A stretch of 64,000 bases of DNA from positions 96,001 through 160,000 of IMG/VR virus record IMGVR_UViG_3300028591_000081. One strand, 5' to 3'. This DNA is from a virus. Its lineage: Duplodnaviria; Caudoviricetes. The position numbers were made by a program, and so were the translations under genes. The notes under the pieces were generated by a model. It saw only the letters and a list, made by a program, of their open reading frames with translations, made no database searches and was not told where the DNA came from. Below are positions 20,015-28,129 of the stretch, piece after piece (the first letter of the stretch is position 1; the number at the start of each line of letters is the position of its first letter).

Positions 20015-21853
20015 TTAGAATCCGATGATGTATCCGTAGCGGTCAATCTGGTTGGCCACACGTTCCGCACTAATCATGTAATCATTCATCATCATTTCCA
20101 GATTCTTTTGGTCAATGACGGTCTTGCCTGTACCATCCGGCACAGCCTGTCCTACATCAAACACGTAATCTTCTGCCCGCATTACGTCCACGGAGGCCGC
20201 GTCTTTCATGTGGTAAATGGCTATCTGCTTTACGATAAAGGAACGGTCAACTTCTGGGAACTTAGAGATGGCAAAAGGATTCAGGTTTACTCTGAGAAGA
20301 ACGTAGGTAGGGAACATGTCATCGGTAGCAAGACGCCAGAAACGACCTCCATACAGGAAAGTATCTGCCGCCTCTTTCTCGGCTTCACAGACAAGTTCTG
20401 CTGTACCATGGACAAACGTCAGGAAGTTGAAGGCATTATACCATCCCGAGAGTATCCATCGGTGTCTGCGACGCTGGAATGCCGCGTATTTTTCTTTGTC
20501 TGTAATCAGGGGTACCGTTACCTCATCGGAGTAAGTGTATCCTTCCGAGGTGACAGCGCGAGTGTTGTAGTACACACCGTCGTTGACAAACAGGGGTTTG
20601 TTGTAGTCTTCGTCAGTAGAGTTCAAGTCGTCGAGGTATGCCACCGGGAATATGGGATAGTTACGATCCCGCTCCATATCGGTCAAAGGCATTCCATAAG
20701 GTTTGTTGTCGGCAGTGTATCCGTTCAGATACCGTGCGGCATCTCTGTCTTCATACATGTCGCTGTATTCGGTAGAGATAGGCTTACTTCCTGTTCCTAC
20801 GGTCGAACCACTGCTCTCGTCTTCCGTTGTGGGACGATTTCTTCTGTCGTTGGAACGATCTCGTACATAATCGGTCAAAACTAGGAAAGGCTGAGCTTTC
20901 ATCTCATGGTATCGCGCAGTCCTTCTGGCCAGCAACTCGGCTTCTGACCAATCTGTCCATACCGGGTCATAAATAGGCAATCCGTTACTGTCTAAGACAA
21001 CATTTCCAAACTCATCCAGTCTTGCCTCCGTTTTCTGCGTACCATCCGGATTGAGTACAGGTTTCCTGCTGTCCGGCTTCTCACTCAGACGCTGGTTGGT
21101 GTTTTCAGCTACCGTAGCAAACTGAATAAGAGAATGGCGGAGTCCTGCAAGATCAAAACACAATCCCTTTTCTGTATCGTCATCTTCTGACTTACCAGCC
21201 GAACGCGTGGCATAGTATTCAGTACTGTCCCCTTCTGCTTTTCCGTTGGTGAGGAAATAATCGCGAAATACCATGGCATAGGCATTTGGATCGTACTGAT
21301 CATGGTAGGCTTTCAGAATTTGACGCGCCGAGATCCTTGTATCCGATGATACAAATAGAGGGTCTCGGTCATTGTCATAGGCAAAGTACAGTTCGGCCTT
21401 CCCTTCAGGATTCAACTGCATACAGAGAGGGTGTTCAGACAGGTACTTCACCATAGGTTCGGTACGCGTGGTTGTCAGGAGCATCATCACAGGCAGGGTG
21501 TACTCGAAGGTCGGAATGTCGTGCCAGTCACCGTCCTCTGTACCCCAAGTTACTACTGGAGATTCAATCATGCATCCACATCCACAAGGACACGGTCTGT
21601 ATTTCGGATTGGTACTCCCAGAAGGGGGGATAGGCTCGATACCCGGGGTGTCACTGCCGTCGGAAGAGTCAGAGTTCGGATTGTTCTGGTTACTGAGCTG
21701 GCGGCTATTGCACGGAGGTGCTTTGGGCATGTTCTCAGTAGTCCACTGATGTCCACCAGCTCCAAAAGCAAACCAAACCCCGCCGCCACTGTTGCAGAAT
21801 TTCTTGAACTCGCGTGCTTTGACATAACGTCCATAGTCTGTAAAGATACCCAT
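20015..21853 (-). CDS. Baseplate wedge protein (T4 gp8-like termini, large insertion)
   Basis: N-terminal GRYVKA...WFAFG; C-terminal VKQIAIY...ERVANQIDRYGYIIGF. Confidence 0.55.
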   Translation of the reverse strand: MGIFTDYGRYVKAREFKKFCNSGGGVWFAFGAGGHQWTTENMPKAPPCNSRQLSNQNNPNSDSSDGSDTPGIEPIPPSGSTNPKYRPCPCGCGCMIESPVVTWGTEDGDWHDIPTFEYTLPVMMLLTTTRTEPMVKYLSEHPLCMQLNPEGKAELYFAYDNDRDPLFVSSDTRISARQILKAYHDQYDPNAYAMVFRDYFLTNGKAEGDSTEYYATRSAGKSEDDDTEKGLCFDLAGLRHSLIQFATVAENTNQRLSEKPDSRKPVLNPDGTQKTEARLDEFGNVVLDSNGLPIYDPVWTDWSEAELLARRTARYHEMKAQPFLVLTDYVRDRSNDRRNRPTTEDESSGSTVGTGSKPISTEYSDMYEDRDAARYLNGYTADNKPYGMPLTDMERDRNYPIFPVAYLDDLNSTDEDYNKPLFVNDGVYYNTRAVTSEGYTYSDEVTVPLITDKEKYAAFQRRRHRWILSGWYNAFNFLTFVHGTAELVCEAEKEAADTFLYGGRFWRLATDDMFPTYVLLRVNLNPFAISKFPEVDRSFIVKQIAIYHMKDAASVDVMRAEDYVFDVGQAVPDGTGKTVIDQKNLEMMMNDYMISAERVANQIDRYGYIIGF

Positions 21854-21941
21854 ACCGTTCTCCTTAGGTCAACCACCTTTGTACTATCGAAACCACCGTA
21901 ACTACGGCATTTAGTGTGATATTGACGTATGGAGATGGGCA

Positions 21942-22166
21942 ATGAGCGGAAAACAAAAAGAGGAAGGAATCCTGATGAACGGCACCGTTTTGGAAGCGTT
22001 ACGAAACGCCATGTTCAGAGTAAAGATCGAAACTGGTCAGGAAGTTCTGGCCCACGTGTCTGGGAAGATTCGAAAGTTCTTTATCAGGATACTCCCCGGC
22101 GACACCGTGACCGTAGAGCTGTCCCCTTACGATCTGACTCGTGGCCGTATCATCCATCGTAAGTGA
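21942..22166 (+). CDS. infA: Translation initiation factor IF-1
   Basis: GTVLEAL.NAMFRV...[32 protein letters not shown], a near-complete IF-1 signature. Confidence 0.97.
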   Translation: MSGKQKEEGILMNGTVLEALRNAMFRVKIETGQEVLAHVSGKIRKFFIRILPGDTVTVELSPYDLTRGRIIHRK

Positions 22167-22173
22167 TCTGATG

Positions 22174-22213
22174 TGGTGCTGGGTCTCGGAGAACCTAAAT
22201 TTCGTGCTATAAA
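22174..22213 (+). promoter_or_regulatory. Phage promoter motif copy 5
   Basis: TGGTGCTGG, 22 nt, TGcTATAAA. Confidence 0.75.
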
Positions 22214-22310
22214 CAAGGCATGAGCAGACAATGAATCTGTTCAGTAGTCTTGGAGGAAGCGTAAGAACCAGACGGATACACATGCATCCTTGGAACAAAG
22301 GAGAGGGTTT

Positions 22311-22502
22311 ATGAAAGAGAAACGTAAGGTAAATGTTCGGGAAGCCTGCAAACGATATTCGAAGCGAGTTGAGGCGAAACGTCGTAAGATGGAGAGTGAG
22401 AACGACATTGATCAGATGATGCTTCAAATCATGCAGGATGCGATGCCTAATTCTGATGTAGAGATTCGTCCTGACGGCTCTATGGAAATCACTCAGGAGT
22501 AA
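22311..22502 (+). CDS. Small hypothetical protein (basic N-terminus, acidic C-terminus)
   Basis: AAGGAG RBS, 63 aa. Confidence 0.6.
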   Translation: MKEKRKVNVREACKRYSKRVEAKRRKMESENDIDQMMLQIMQDAMPNSDVEIRPDGSMEITQE

Positions 22503-22553
22503 TCAATGGCGATACAGAAGTTCCTTTCCACATCGACGGACGAGAGGTGCTAA

Positions 22554-23357
22554 GTGTCTACGATCAAACCTCTCGTCAAGTGGTCTGGTAGTAAGCGTTC
22601 TCAGGCCGACCGACTGGCTTCATTTATTCCGTCCTTTCGACGTTATTACGAGCCTTTTGTCGGCGGTGGATCTATGCTTTACCGCGTCGGTCCAGAGGAG
22701 GCCGTGGTCGGAGATTCCTGCAAACCATTGATTGATCTGTGGGAGGCCATAAAGACTTTTCCAAATCGTCTGGCTTCAGAATACAGGTCTCTGTGGGAAG
22801 CGTTGCAAAAGGACAATGACTTTTATTACATAGTTCGAGAGCGGTTTAATGCGTACCAAGAACCTTGGGACTTTCTGTTTCTCACTAGAACGTGCATGAA
22901 CGGGCTGATCCGGTTCAATAGGGAAGGTAAGTTCAACACGTCCTTTCATATAGGAAGGCCCGGCATCCATCCAGATACCATGGACGCCATTATTCTCGAT
23001 TGGCATCAGAAACTTCACGGCGTGGTCTTCGTCAGTGGGGATTTCACGGAAACCTTGAGAACCGTAACTGCCGAAGACTTCGTGTACCTCGACCCACCAT
23101 ACTTCCACACCAAGGGCATGTATGGAGAAACATTCGAATCTTCGCGCCTCTGGGAATGTCTTGAACACCTGAACCGAACAGGGGTTCGGTGGATGCTATC
23201 TTATGATGGAAAGTCCGGCGATGGAGACCATACCGTGGATATCCCGCAAAACCTGTACAGACGGCATGAGTATATCCAGTCCGGGATTTCCTCATTCAAG
23301 AGGATCGTGAAGAAGGAGAAGGCTATGGTCTACGAATCGTTATACCTCAACTTCTAG
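22554..23357 (+). CDS. Dam-family (D12 class) DNA adenine methyltransferase
   Basis: KWSGSKR, EPFVGGGS, NGLIRFN..G.FN, YLDPPY. Confidence 0.92.
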   Translation: MSTIKPLVKWSGSKRSQADRLASFIPSFRRYYEPFVGGGSMLYRVGPEEAVVGDSCKPLIDLWEAIKTFPNRLASEYRSLWEALQKDNDFYYIVRERFNAYQEPWDFLFLTRTCMNGLIRFNREGKFNTSFHIGRPGIHPDTMDAIILDWHQKLHGVVFVSGDFTETLRTVTAEDFVYLDPPYFHTKGMYGETFESSRLWECLEHLNRTGVRWMLSYDGKSGDGDHTVDIPQNLYRRHEYIQSGISSFKRIVKKEKAMVYESLYLNF

Positions 23358-23362
23358 CAAGA

Positions 23363-23710
23363 TTACCATGAGTAAATGCGCGTGGTTTTGTCGTACACAA
23401 TCTTCCCGGAAGCAATGCTCTGTTCAACGATCTGCTTGGCATATTTCGGCATCATTCTCTGGACAGATTCCATCTGCTTGGCTGTCAGGAAGTTCTTTTC
23501 AAGGTACTGCTCGGCCAGCGAAGAACCAAACTCTGCGTCATTCTGAGTGAACCCGCACCCGTCCTTGAACATGGTACACTGGGCCTCTCTTTCGGATTCG
23601 TTCTGGTTCTCGTAGATTCTCAGAAGGGCTCGGACGGCCTGTTTAGGGTTGGACTGAATCTGCTGTTTTAGGGTGTCTACAATAGCCTTTTTGCTCTTGA
23701 ACTGCGCCAT
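23363..23710 (-). CDS. Hypothetical phage protein
   Basis: GGAGG RBS; has its own promoter motif upstream. Confidence 0.75.
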   Translation of the reverse strand: MAQFKSKKAIVDTLKQQIQSNPKQAVRALLRIYENQNESEREAQCTMFKDGCGFTQNDAEFGSSLAEQYLEKNFLTAKQMESVQRMMPKYAKQIVEQSIASGKIVYDKTTRIYSW

Positions 23711-23759
23711 AACTTCCTCCATGTCTTATGGGATCACTGAACATCAGTGATTATGCCGT

Positions 23760-23799
23760 ATCGTATCAAACTTTGATGCGTGTCTTGTATTCAGCACCA
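23760..23799 (-). promoter_or_regulatory. Phage promoter motif copy 6 (minus strand)
   Basis: TGGTGCTGA (23799-23791), 22 nt, TGaTACGAT. Confidence 0.8.
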
Positions 23800-23830
23800 C
23801 GGAATTTCTCTTCTATCCCAAGGAGTCTTT

Positions 23831-25063
23831 ATGATACACACAAACATTCGACGTAATGAAGCTAAGGCAGATCCTAAGAAATCTTTGTACGAATGGCTGA
23901 AATCAGGGGCCACTACTCGTAAACTTAGAGAACTTCTTCCTCAAGACTTTAAGATCGAACGCAATCGTTCTGCACAGTTTATGATGACCGCTGAGTGCGT
24001 GGCATGGTTTCAGGACGATTCCAAAAGGAATTCGATGCCGAGGGTGAACGGGGCCATCCATGTGTATAGCACAAACAGCGGGATGTGTTTCATCAGAGGA
24101 CGGCTCGACGGCATATTCATCGGTCGCGTGGATCAGGGTTCTATGGACGAGGCTCTTTCATCGTCATTTCAAGGAACCACTGGTCAAGTCCATATCGAAG
24201 GCGATGTCGTGTATCCTGCCATCCGTGGGGATAAGTGGTATCGAGACAACATCAATATCGTCCACAACCTTGATGAACAGGCCATGCTGAGTGTTTCCGA
24301 ATGCGCCTCATACATTGACACGCAGGTCGGTGCAATGGTGGATGAGATGTCCGCAGAGGTGCGTAAGTTCATGTCAGAGTACAAAGACTTCACCTTCCCT
24401 TATAAGCCGGGCACGTTCAGTAAGATTAACTCACCCTTCAAATCCCTTCCAAACTGTTCCGAAGCTCTGTCGGATATTCAGAAGATTCAGGTTGCCGTTG
24501 AAGCCGCCAAGAGTGAGGCTGATCGCATGTACAACGGAAAGGATCTCTTCGGTGGTGAGTACAAAATCGACATCAACGGGGTCACTAAACCAGTGGATGT
24601 CTTGCGCACCGTATTACAGGGCCTCGACGGGGAAGTCCATGATGTAAGCAAGGAACGACCATTATTTGAGAGGTATGTCCAGAGTACAGACAAGCTCTGT
24701 GAAGCTCTGGCCGGACTTTGGAACGGGATTGTAAAACTGGACAAACAGTTGAACAACTTCATCGGAAGTCCTTCGAAGAAGGAGGTCAACCTGACTTTAT
24801 CAGCCGACGATGTGGAAGACCTGATTGATGACTTCGATGATGACCAGCTCATGGATGCCGTCAAAGGTATGAATCTGATGCAGGAGTGCGGTCGTTTGTG
24901 TGTTGGTGTTATCGAGAAGCTGTTTGTGGAAAGTTACTTCATCACAGCGGAGGAAGCAGAGGAACTTCTTGAAATCTCGCCTGATGATCTCGATGCTGGT
25001 GATGTGAAAGCCACATACTCAGTACACTATCCGAAGTTCGTTGAGATCCATGTCAACGACTAG
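23831..25063 (+). CDS. Hypothetical protein
   Basis: AAGGAG RBS, 410 aa. Confidence 0.75.
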   Translation: MIHTNIRRNEAKADPKKSLYEWLKSGATTRKLRELLPQDFKIERNRSAQFMMTAECVAWFQDDSKRNSMPRVNGAIHVYSTNSGMCFIRGRLDGIFIGRVDQGSMDEALSSSFQGTTGQVHIEGDVVYPAIRGDKWYRDNINIVHNLDEQAMLSVSECASYIDTQVGAMVDEMSAEVRKFMSEYKDFTFPYKPGTFSKINSPFKSLPNCSEALSDIQKIQVAVEAAKSEADRMYNGKDLFGGEYKIDINGVTKPVDVLRTVLQGLDGEVHDVSKERPLFERYVQSTDKLCEALAGLWNGIVKLDKQLNNFIGSPSKKEVNLTLSADDVEDLIDDFDDDQLMDAVKGMNLMQECGRLCVGVIEKLFVESYFITAEEAEELLEISPDDLDAGDVKATYSVHYPKFVEIHVND

Positions 25064-25111
25064 ATCTGTGGTCTTACACAGTACGAGGTTTTGCGGCTCG
25101 CGGTTCGTATC

Positions 25112-25143
25112 AAACCCAGAGAGGCTTCTCTGGGTTTCTTTTT
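25112..25143 (+). terminator. Intrinsic terminator
   Basis: aaacccagag-aggctt-ctctgggttt followed by T-run. Confidence 0.8.
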
Positions 25144-25157
25144 AGCTTGGCAAGATT

Positions 25158-25445
25158 ATGGAAAACGACAACGACCGTGTATGCAGTTTCTGCGTTGGAG
25201 ATGTGATCACCCTTACACCCTACAATGATTTATCAGGCCCTATCACGACAGGGAAACCTGAGTCTTTCCGCATCGACGAAAGAAAGGGTAAGTTCGTCAC
25301 GCTCATCAATGAAGAGACGGGCAAAAGGATTATGACAAAGGTTTCAGAGGTGTCCATACCAAAGTCTGAAGGGATTGGGCCTCAGGGCTATTGTCCATTT
25401 TTTGCTTACCAGCTTCATCAAGAAGACGAGTCTCATATTTGTTAG
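25158..25445 (+). CDS. Hypothetical protein
   Basis: 95-aa ORF, weak RBS. Confidence 0.5.
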   Translation: MENDNDRVCSFCVGDVITLTPYNDLSGPITTGKPESFRIDERKGKFVTLINEETGKRIMTKVSEVSIPKSEGIGPQGYCPFFAYQLHQEDESHIC

Positions 25446-25474
25446 TTACTGTGTAAGACGATGCAGGAGTCCAC

Positions 25475-25957
25475 ATGGGTATGTTTACGTCCTTACTGCC
25501 TACGGAGAACGAACGGCAGTTGCAGATAAATCTGATTGACGAGGCCATGCGTCTGTACGGATTCGAGGCTGTCTTGATCGATGTGGATTCCGTGTCCATG
25601 TATGCTGACAATCACAAGCTGTCCGGGCGTGAGTATCACATCCATGTCCTCTTCAACAGTCATCCCGACCGCCGTTTGCTGGCCAACCTCCGTTTCAATC
25701 ATCTGGAGAAGAATGACTCTCCAATCATTGTGTACATACCCTTCCAGTTTGGCGACCGCAAATTGAACATCGTTAAAGATCAAGTGCTGTGCATCAACGA
25801 TGATGACTGGAGAATTACGGCTGTCAATGACACATACCTCATAGGGCTGTGGTATGTATGTACAGTGGTTCCGTTTATTCGTGAGGAAGAACGACCGAGG
25901 GAGAAGGCTCGACATCAGACGCAGTTCTTCAATCCCGGGGAAGTTGAGTTTACCTGA
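25475..25957 (+). CDS. Possible head-completion/neck protein (T4 gp14-like)
   Basis: QINLIDEAMRLYG.E..LI N-terminus and WRITAV...WYVC beta-rich C-part; functional call weak. Confidence 0.5.
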   Translation: MGMFTSLLPTENERQLQINLIDEAMRLYGFEAVLIDVDSVSMYADNHKLSGREYHIHVLFNSHPDRRLLANLRFNHLEKNDSPIIVYIPFQFGDRKLNIVKDQVLCINDDDWRITAVNDTYLIGLWYVCTVVPFIREEERPREKARHQTQFFNPGEVEFT

Positions 25958-25965
25958 TCTATTTG

Positions 25966-26006
25966 TGGTGCTGAATCCTTCACCTATGAAATTTGTGTGG
26001 TATGAA
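25966..26006 (+). promoter_or_regulatory. Phage promoter motif copy 7
   Basis: TGGTGCTGA, 23 nt, TGgTATGAA. Confidence 0.75.
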
Positions 26007-26044
26007 AGGGCTGTCGCATGAAAGTGTGACAGCCCTTTTCTTTT
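26005..26044 (+). terminator. Terminator hairpin overlapping the predicted start site of promoter copy 7
   Basis: aaagggctgtcgca-tgaaag-tgtgacagcccttt followed by T-run. Confidence 0.7.
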
Positions 26045-26055
26045 ATAGGTGGTTT

Positions 26056-26553
26056 ATGTGCAAAGACACCGACACAAAATATTCGGAAAAATTCATGGAG
26101 TGGGTCATAGACCGCCTTGTCCCATTCCATGTCCTGCTAAAATCTGATGCGTGTATTCATTCTGAAGACCCTTATTTTCCAGTAGACGAGGGGACGTGTT
26201 TCTGCCCGTTCCATGATAATTCCAACACCAAGGCCGCGAAGTTGTATTCAGGGAATGGCACAGGACAAACTCTTTACTGTTTTGCTGAACAACGGATGTT
26301 TCGTCCTCACCATCTGCTGAGTAAGGGAATCGTGGAGATACGACTTGATAAGCTGTTTGAGAACATTTGGGGTCAAATAGACCCTGCCATACAGGCGAAA
26401 CTGGTTGCTGAGAGTGGGGAAAATTCAAACGCCATACCGACATTGAAAGACTACTCCACACTTTATGAGAAGTACCATAACGGAGAAATTACGCTTGAAT
26501 CCGTGGCCTTTGGAATGCTGGATTCAGGTTCATTTGAAGACAAAAAACCTTAG
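26056..26553 (+). CDS. Stand-alone CHC2 zinc-finger (primase Zn-binding domain) protein
   Basis: CPFHDNSNT...LYCFA. Confidence 0.75.
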   Translation: MCKDTDTKYSEKFMEWVIDRLVPFHVLLKSDACIHSEDPYFPVDEGTCFCPFHDNSNTKAAKLYSGNGTGQTLYCFAEQRMFRPHHLLSKGIVEIRLDKLFENIWGQIDPAIQAKLVAESGENSNAIPTLKDYSTLYEKYHNGEITLESVAFGMLDSGSFEDKKP

Positions 26554-26564
26554 GAGAAAAAGAC

Positions 26565-27677
26565 ATGTGCAGTCCCGCAATCGTTGAGAAAATCATCAAT
26601 TTCCGCACTACCTTTGGAGATAAGGTCATTTCGTTAGACCTGTTTGATGCTGACTTCGACTTCGAGCGATTTACCTTGTGGCTTTCCTTGGATGACATCA
26701 GTACCCTCTGCGGCACTCCGGTATCTTTTCTAAAAGCATCTCGTGTGTTCAATTCTGGTATCTACAACAAAGACTGTGTGAGATACGACAATAACGGCAC
26801 CAAGTATGATCTCTCTGTGGCCATGTCGCTTCTGTATGAGTACACGCCTAAAGTTGGAGTGGAGTTCTTCCAATTCATTCTTCCGGTTATGTGTAAGTTC
26901 TACATGGAACAGATGACCAAGTTCGACTTCCAGATCAGTCAACTCCCTGTGAAACTGACCCAGTTCGGAATCAATTTGAAGGGAGTTGACTCCAGATCAA
27001 AGGATCTTGAGAGTAAAGTACACAGCCTCAGCGAACAGGTGAAATCTCTTCAGTCGGCCTTCCTTCATCTCAAAAACCCACAGACTTTATCCAACAAGAC
27101 CTGCTCCGACATGGTTTCTTCCACAAGTTTGGACAGCAGTATCTTCAAGGATGACCATGTAAATCCTTCCGATTTCTTTACCATTCCAGAATTTATGGCT
27201 ATGCCCAGCTTCCAGAAGTTGTTTTCTCTGAACAATGCGTATTCAGAGAGATCAAAACTTATGACCATGTTCAAGAGTGTGCTTACTAAGCAAGCGAACA
27301 ATCAGGTTCGTGGGGAAATCGCAAAGGCATTCAACATCTCATTCTATGATGCCAAAACCTTGTTGGACAAAATCCTGACCTCATGGAAGTCTCCGAACCC
27401 AGAGAAGTTGTCCGATATTTGTAGTCAGCATCGGGCAGACACCCTGCTCACAATGTTCCGTTATGGTACGCATTATCAGTTCAGCACTCAGAATGGCGTG
27501 CAATGGAACGTGTTATTGAAGTACCCTTACAAATTTCTTGTGAAGGTCGTATGTACTGCATTGGATCGTGAAGATTTGAATGAGATTATAGAGGTGATGG
27601 ATAACATGGGGTTGCTTGAGAATCACGATATGTTCAAGAAATATCAGGATGACGCGCAAAATGAAAATTACGTCTAG
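26565..27677 (+). CDS. Hypothetical protein with central coiled coil, possibly DNA-binding
   Basis: 370-aa ORF with AGGAG RBS. Confidence 0.7.
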   Translation: MCSPAIVEKIINFRTTFGDKVISLDLFDADFDFERFTLWLSLDDISTLCGTPVSFLKASRVFNSGIYNKDCVRYDNNGTKYDLSVAMSLLYEYTPKVGVEFFQFILPVMCKFYMEQMTKFDFQISQLPVKLTQFGINLKGVDSRSKDLESKVHSLSEQVKSLQSAFLHLKNPQTLSNKTCSDMVSSTSLDSSIFKDDHVNPSDFFTIPEFMAMPSFQKLFSLNNAYSERSKLMTMFKSVLTKQANNQVRGEIAKAFNISFYDAKTLLDKILTSWKSPNPEKLSDICSQHRADTLLTMFRYGTHYQFSTQNGVQWNVLLKYPYKFLVKVVCTALDREDLNEIIEVMDNMGLLENHDMFKKYQDDAQNENYV

Positions 27678-27750
27678 CCTGAAGCCCTTGCATATATGCA
27701 GGATGATCCTGTGTTCGAACTGTTCTTTGAGTTCCTGTGTCATATAGAAT

Positions 27751-27932
27751 TTGCCCGGCAGAGCATGTCGGGATTATGAGGTGGAGACAGGTTTGGTCAA
27801 TAGACGCTAATAACGGTGAGATCTTTTCTGTCGATGAAACCTTACTCCGTGAAACAGGCTGGAGGATTCATAAGTCATCAAATTTTCGATTCTGGTGATG
27901 AAGAATTGGCCAGCCTTGTGGGAAGGCTTGGT
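27751..27932 (+). ncRNA. omegaRNA/tracrRNA-like guide scaffold, copy A (no adjacent nuclease)
   Basis: Closely similar to 32306-32498; stem differences preserve pairing; ends in anti-repeat tgtgggaagg. Confidence 0.8.
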
Positions 27933-28126
27933 GTCCTCCCCACATATACTGAGATGCTACTACGTGGAGTGGATGAGGTTTGCGATCTCAAGTCCTACCC
28001 ACATATACGGAGATGCTACTAGGTCGTGTGTATGAGGTCTGCGATCTCAATCTTCCCCCCATATACGGAGATGCTACCCCCCTGACTCAAACGTCGGAGT
28101 CCTCCCCCCATATACGGAGATGCTAC
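27933..28126 (+). CRISPR. Mini CRISPR array A: four 28-bp repeats, spacers of 31, 30 and 21 bp
   Basis: Repeats at 27933-27960, 27992-28019, 28050-28077 and 28099-28126; consensus GTCCTCCCC(A/C)CATATACGGAGATGCTAC, type I-E-like. Confidence 0.85.
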
Positions 28127-28129
28127 TTT

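Noticed and set aside
19994-20884. Long antisense ORFs (19994-20884, 10630-11358, 40015-40770, 54259-54933)
   Set aside because: They shadow better-supported genes on the opposite strand and lack recognisable motifs.
25066-25076. TGTGGTCTTA variants of the promoter box (also near 35155 and 57058)
   Set aside because: They lack the TGn plus -10 element at the 22-23 nt spacing.
27933-28126. TIGR-type array or simple VNTR
   Set aside because: No dual-repeat 36-nt unit or Nop-domain gene is present, and the same repeat flanks unrelated spacers at two loci.
27816-28129. ORFs 27816-28022 and 32400-32594, and the upstream extension of the exonuclease ORF
   Set aside because: These are translations of scaffold and repeat DNA; their mutual similarity reflects the duplicated RNA element.
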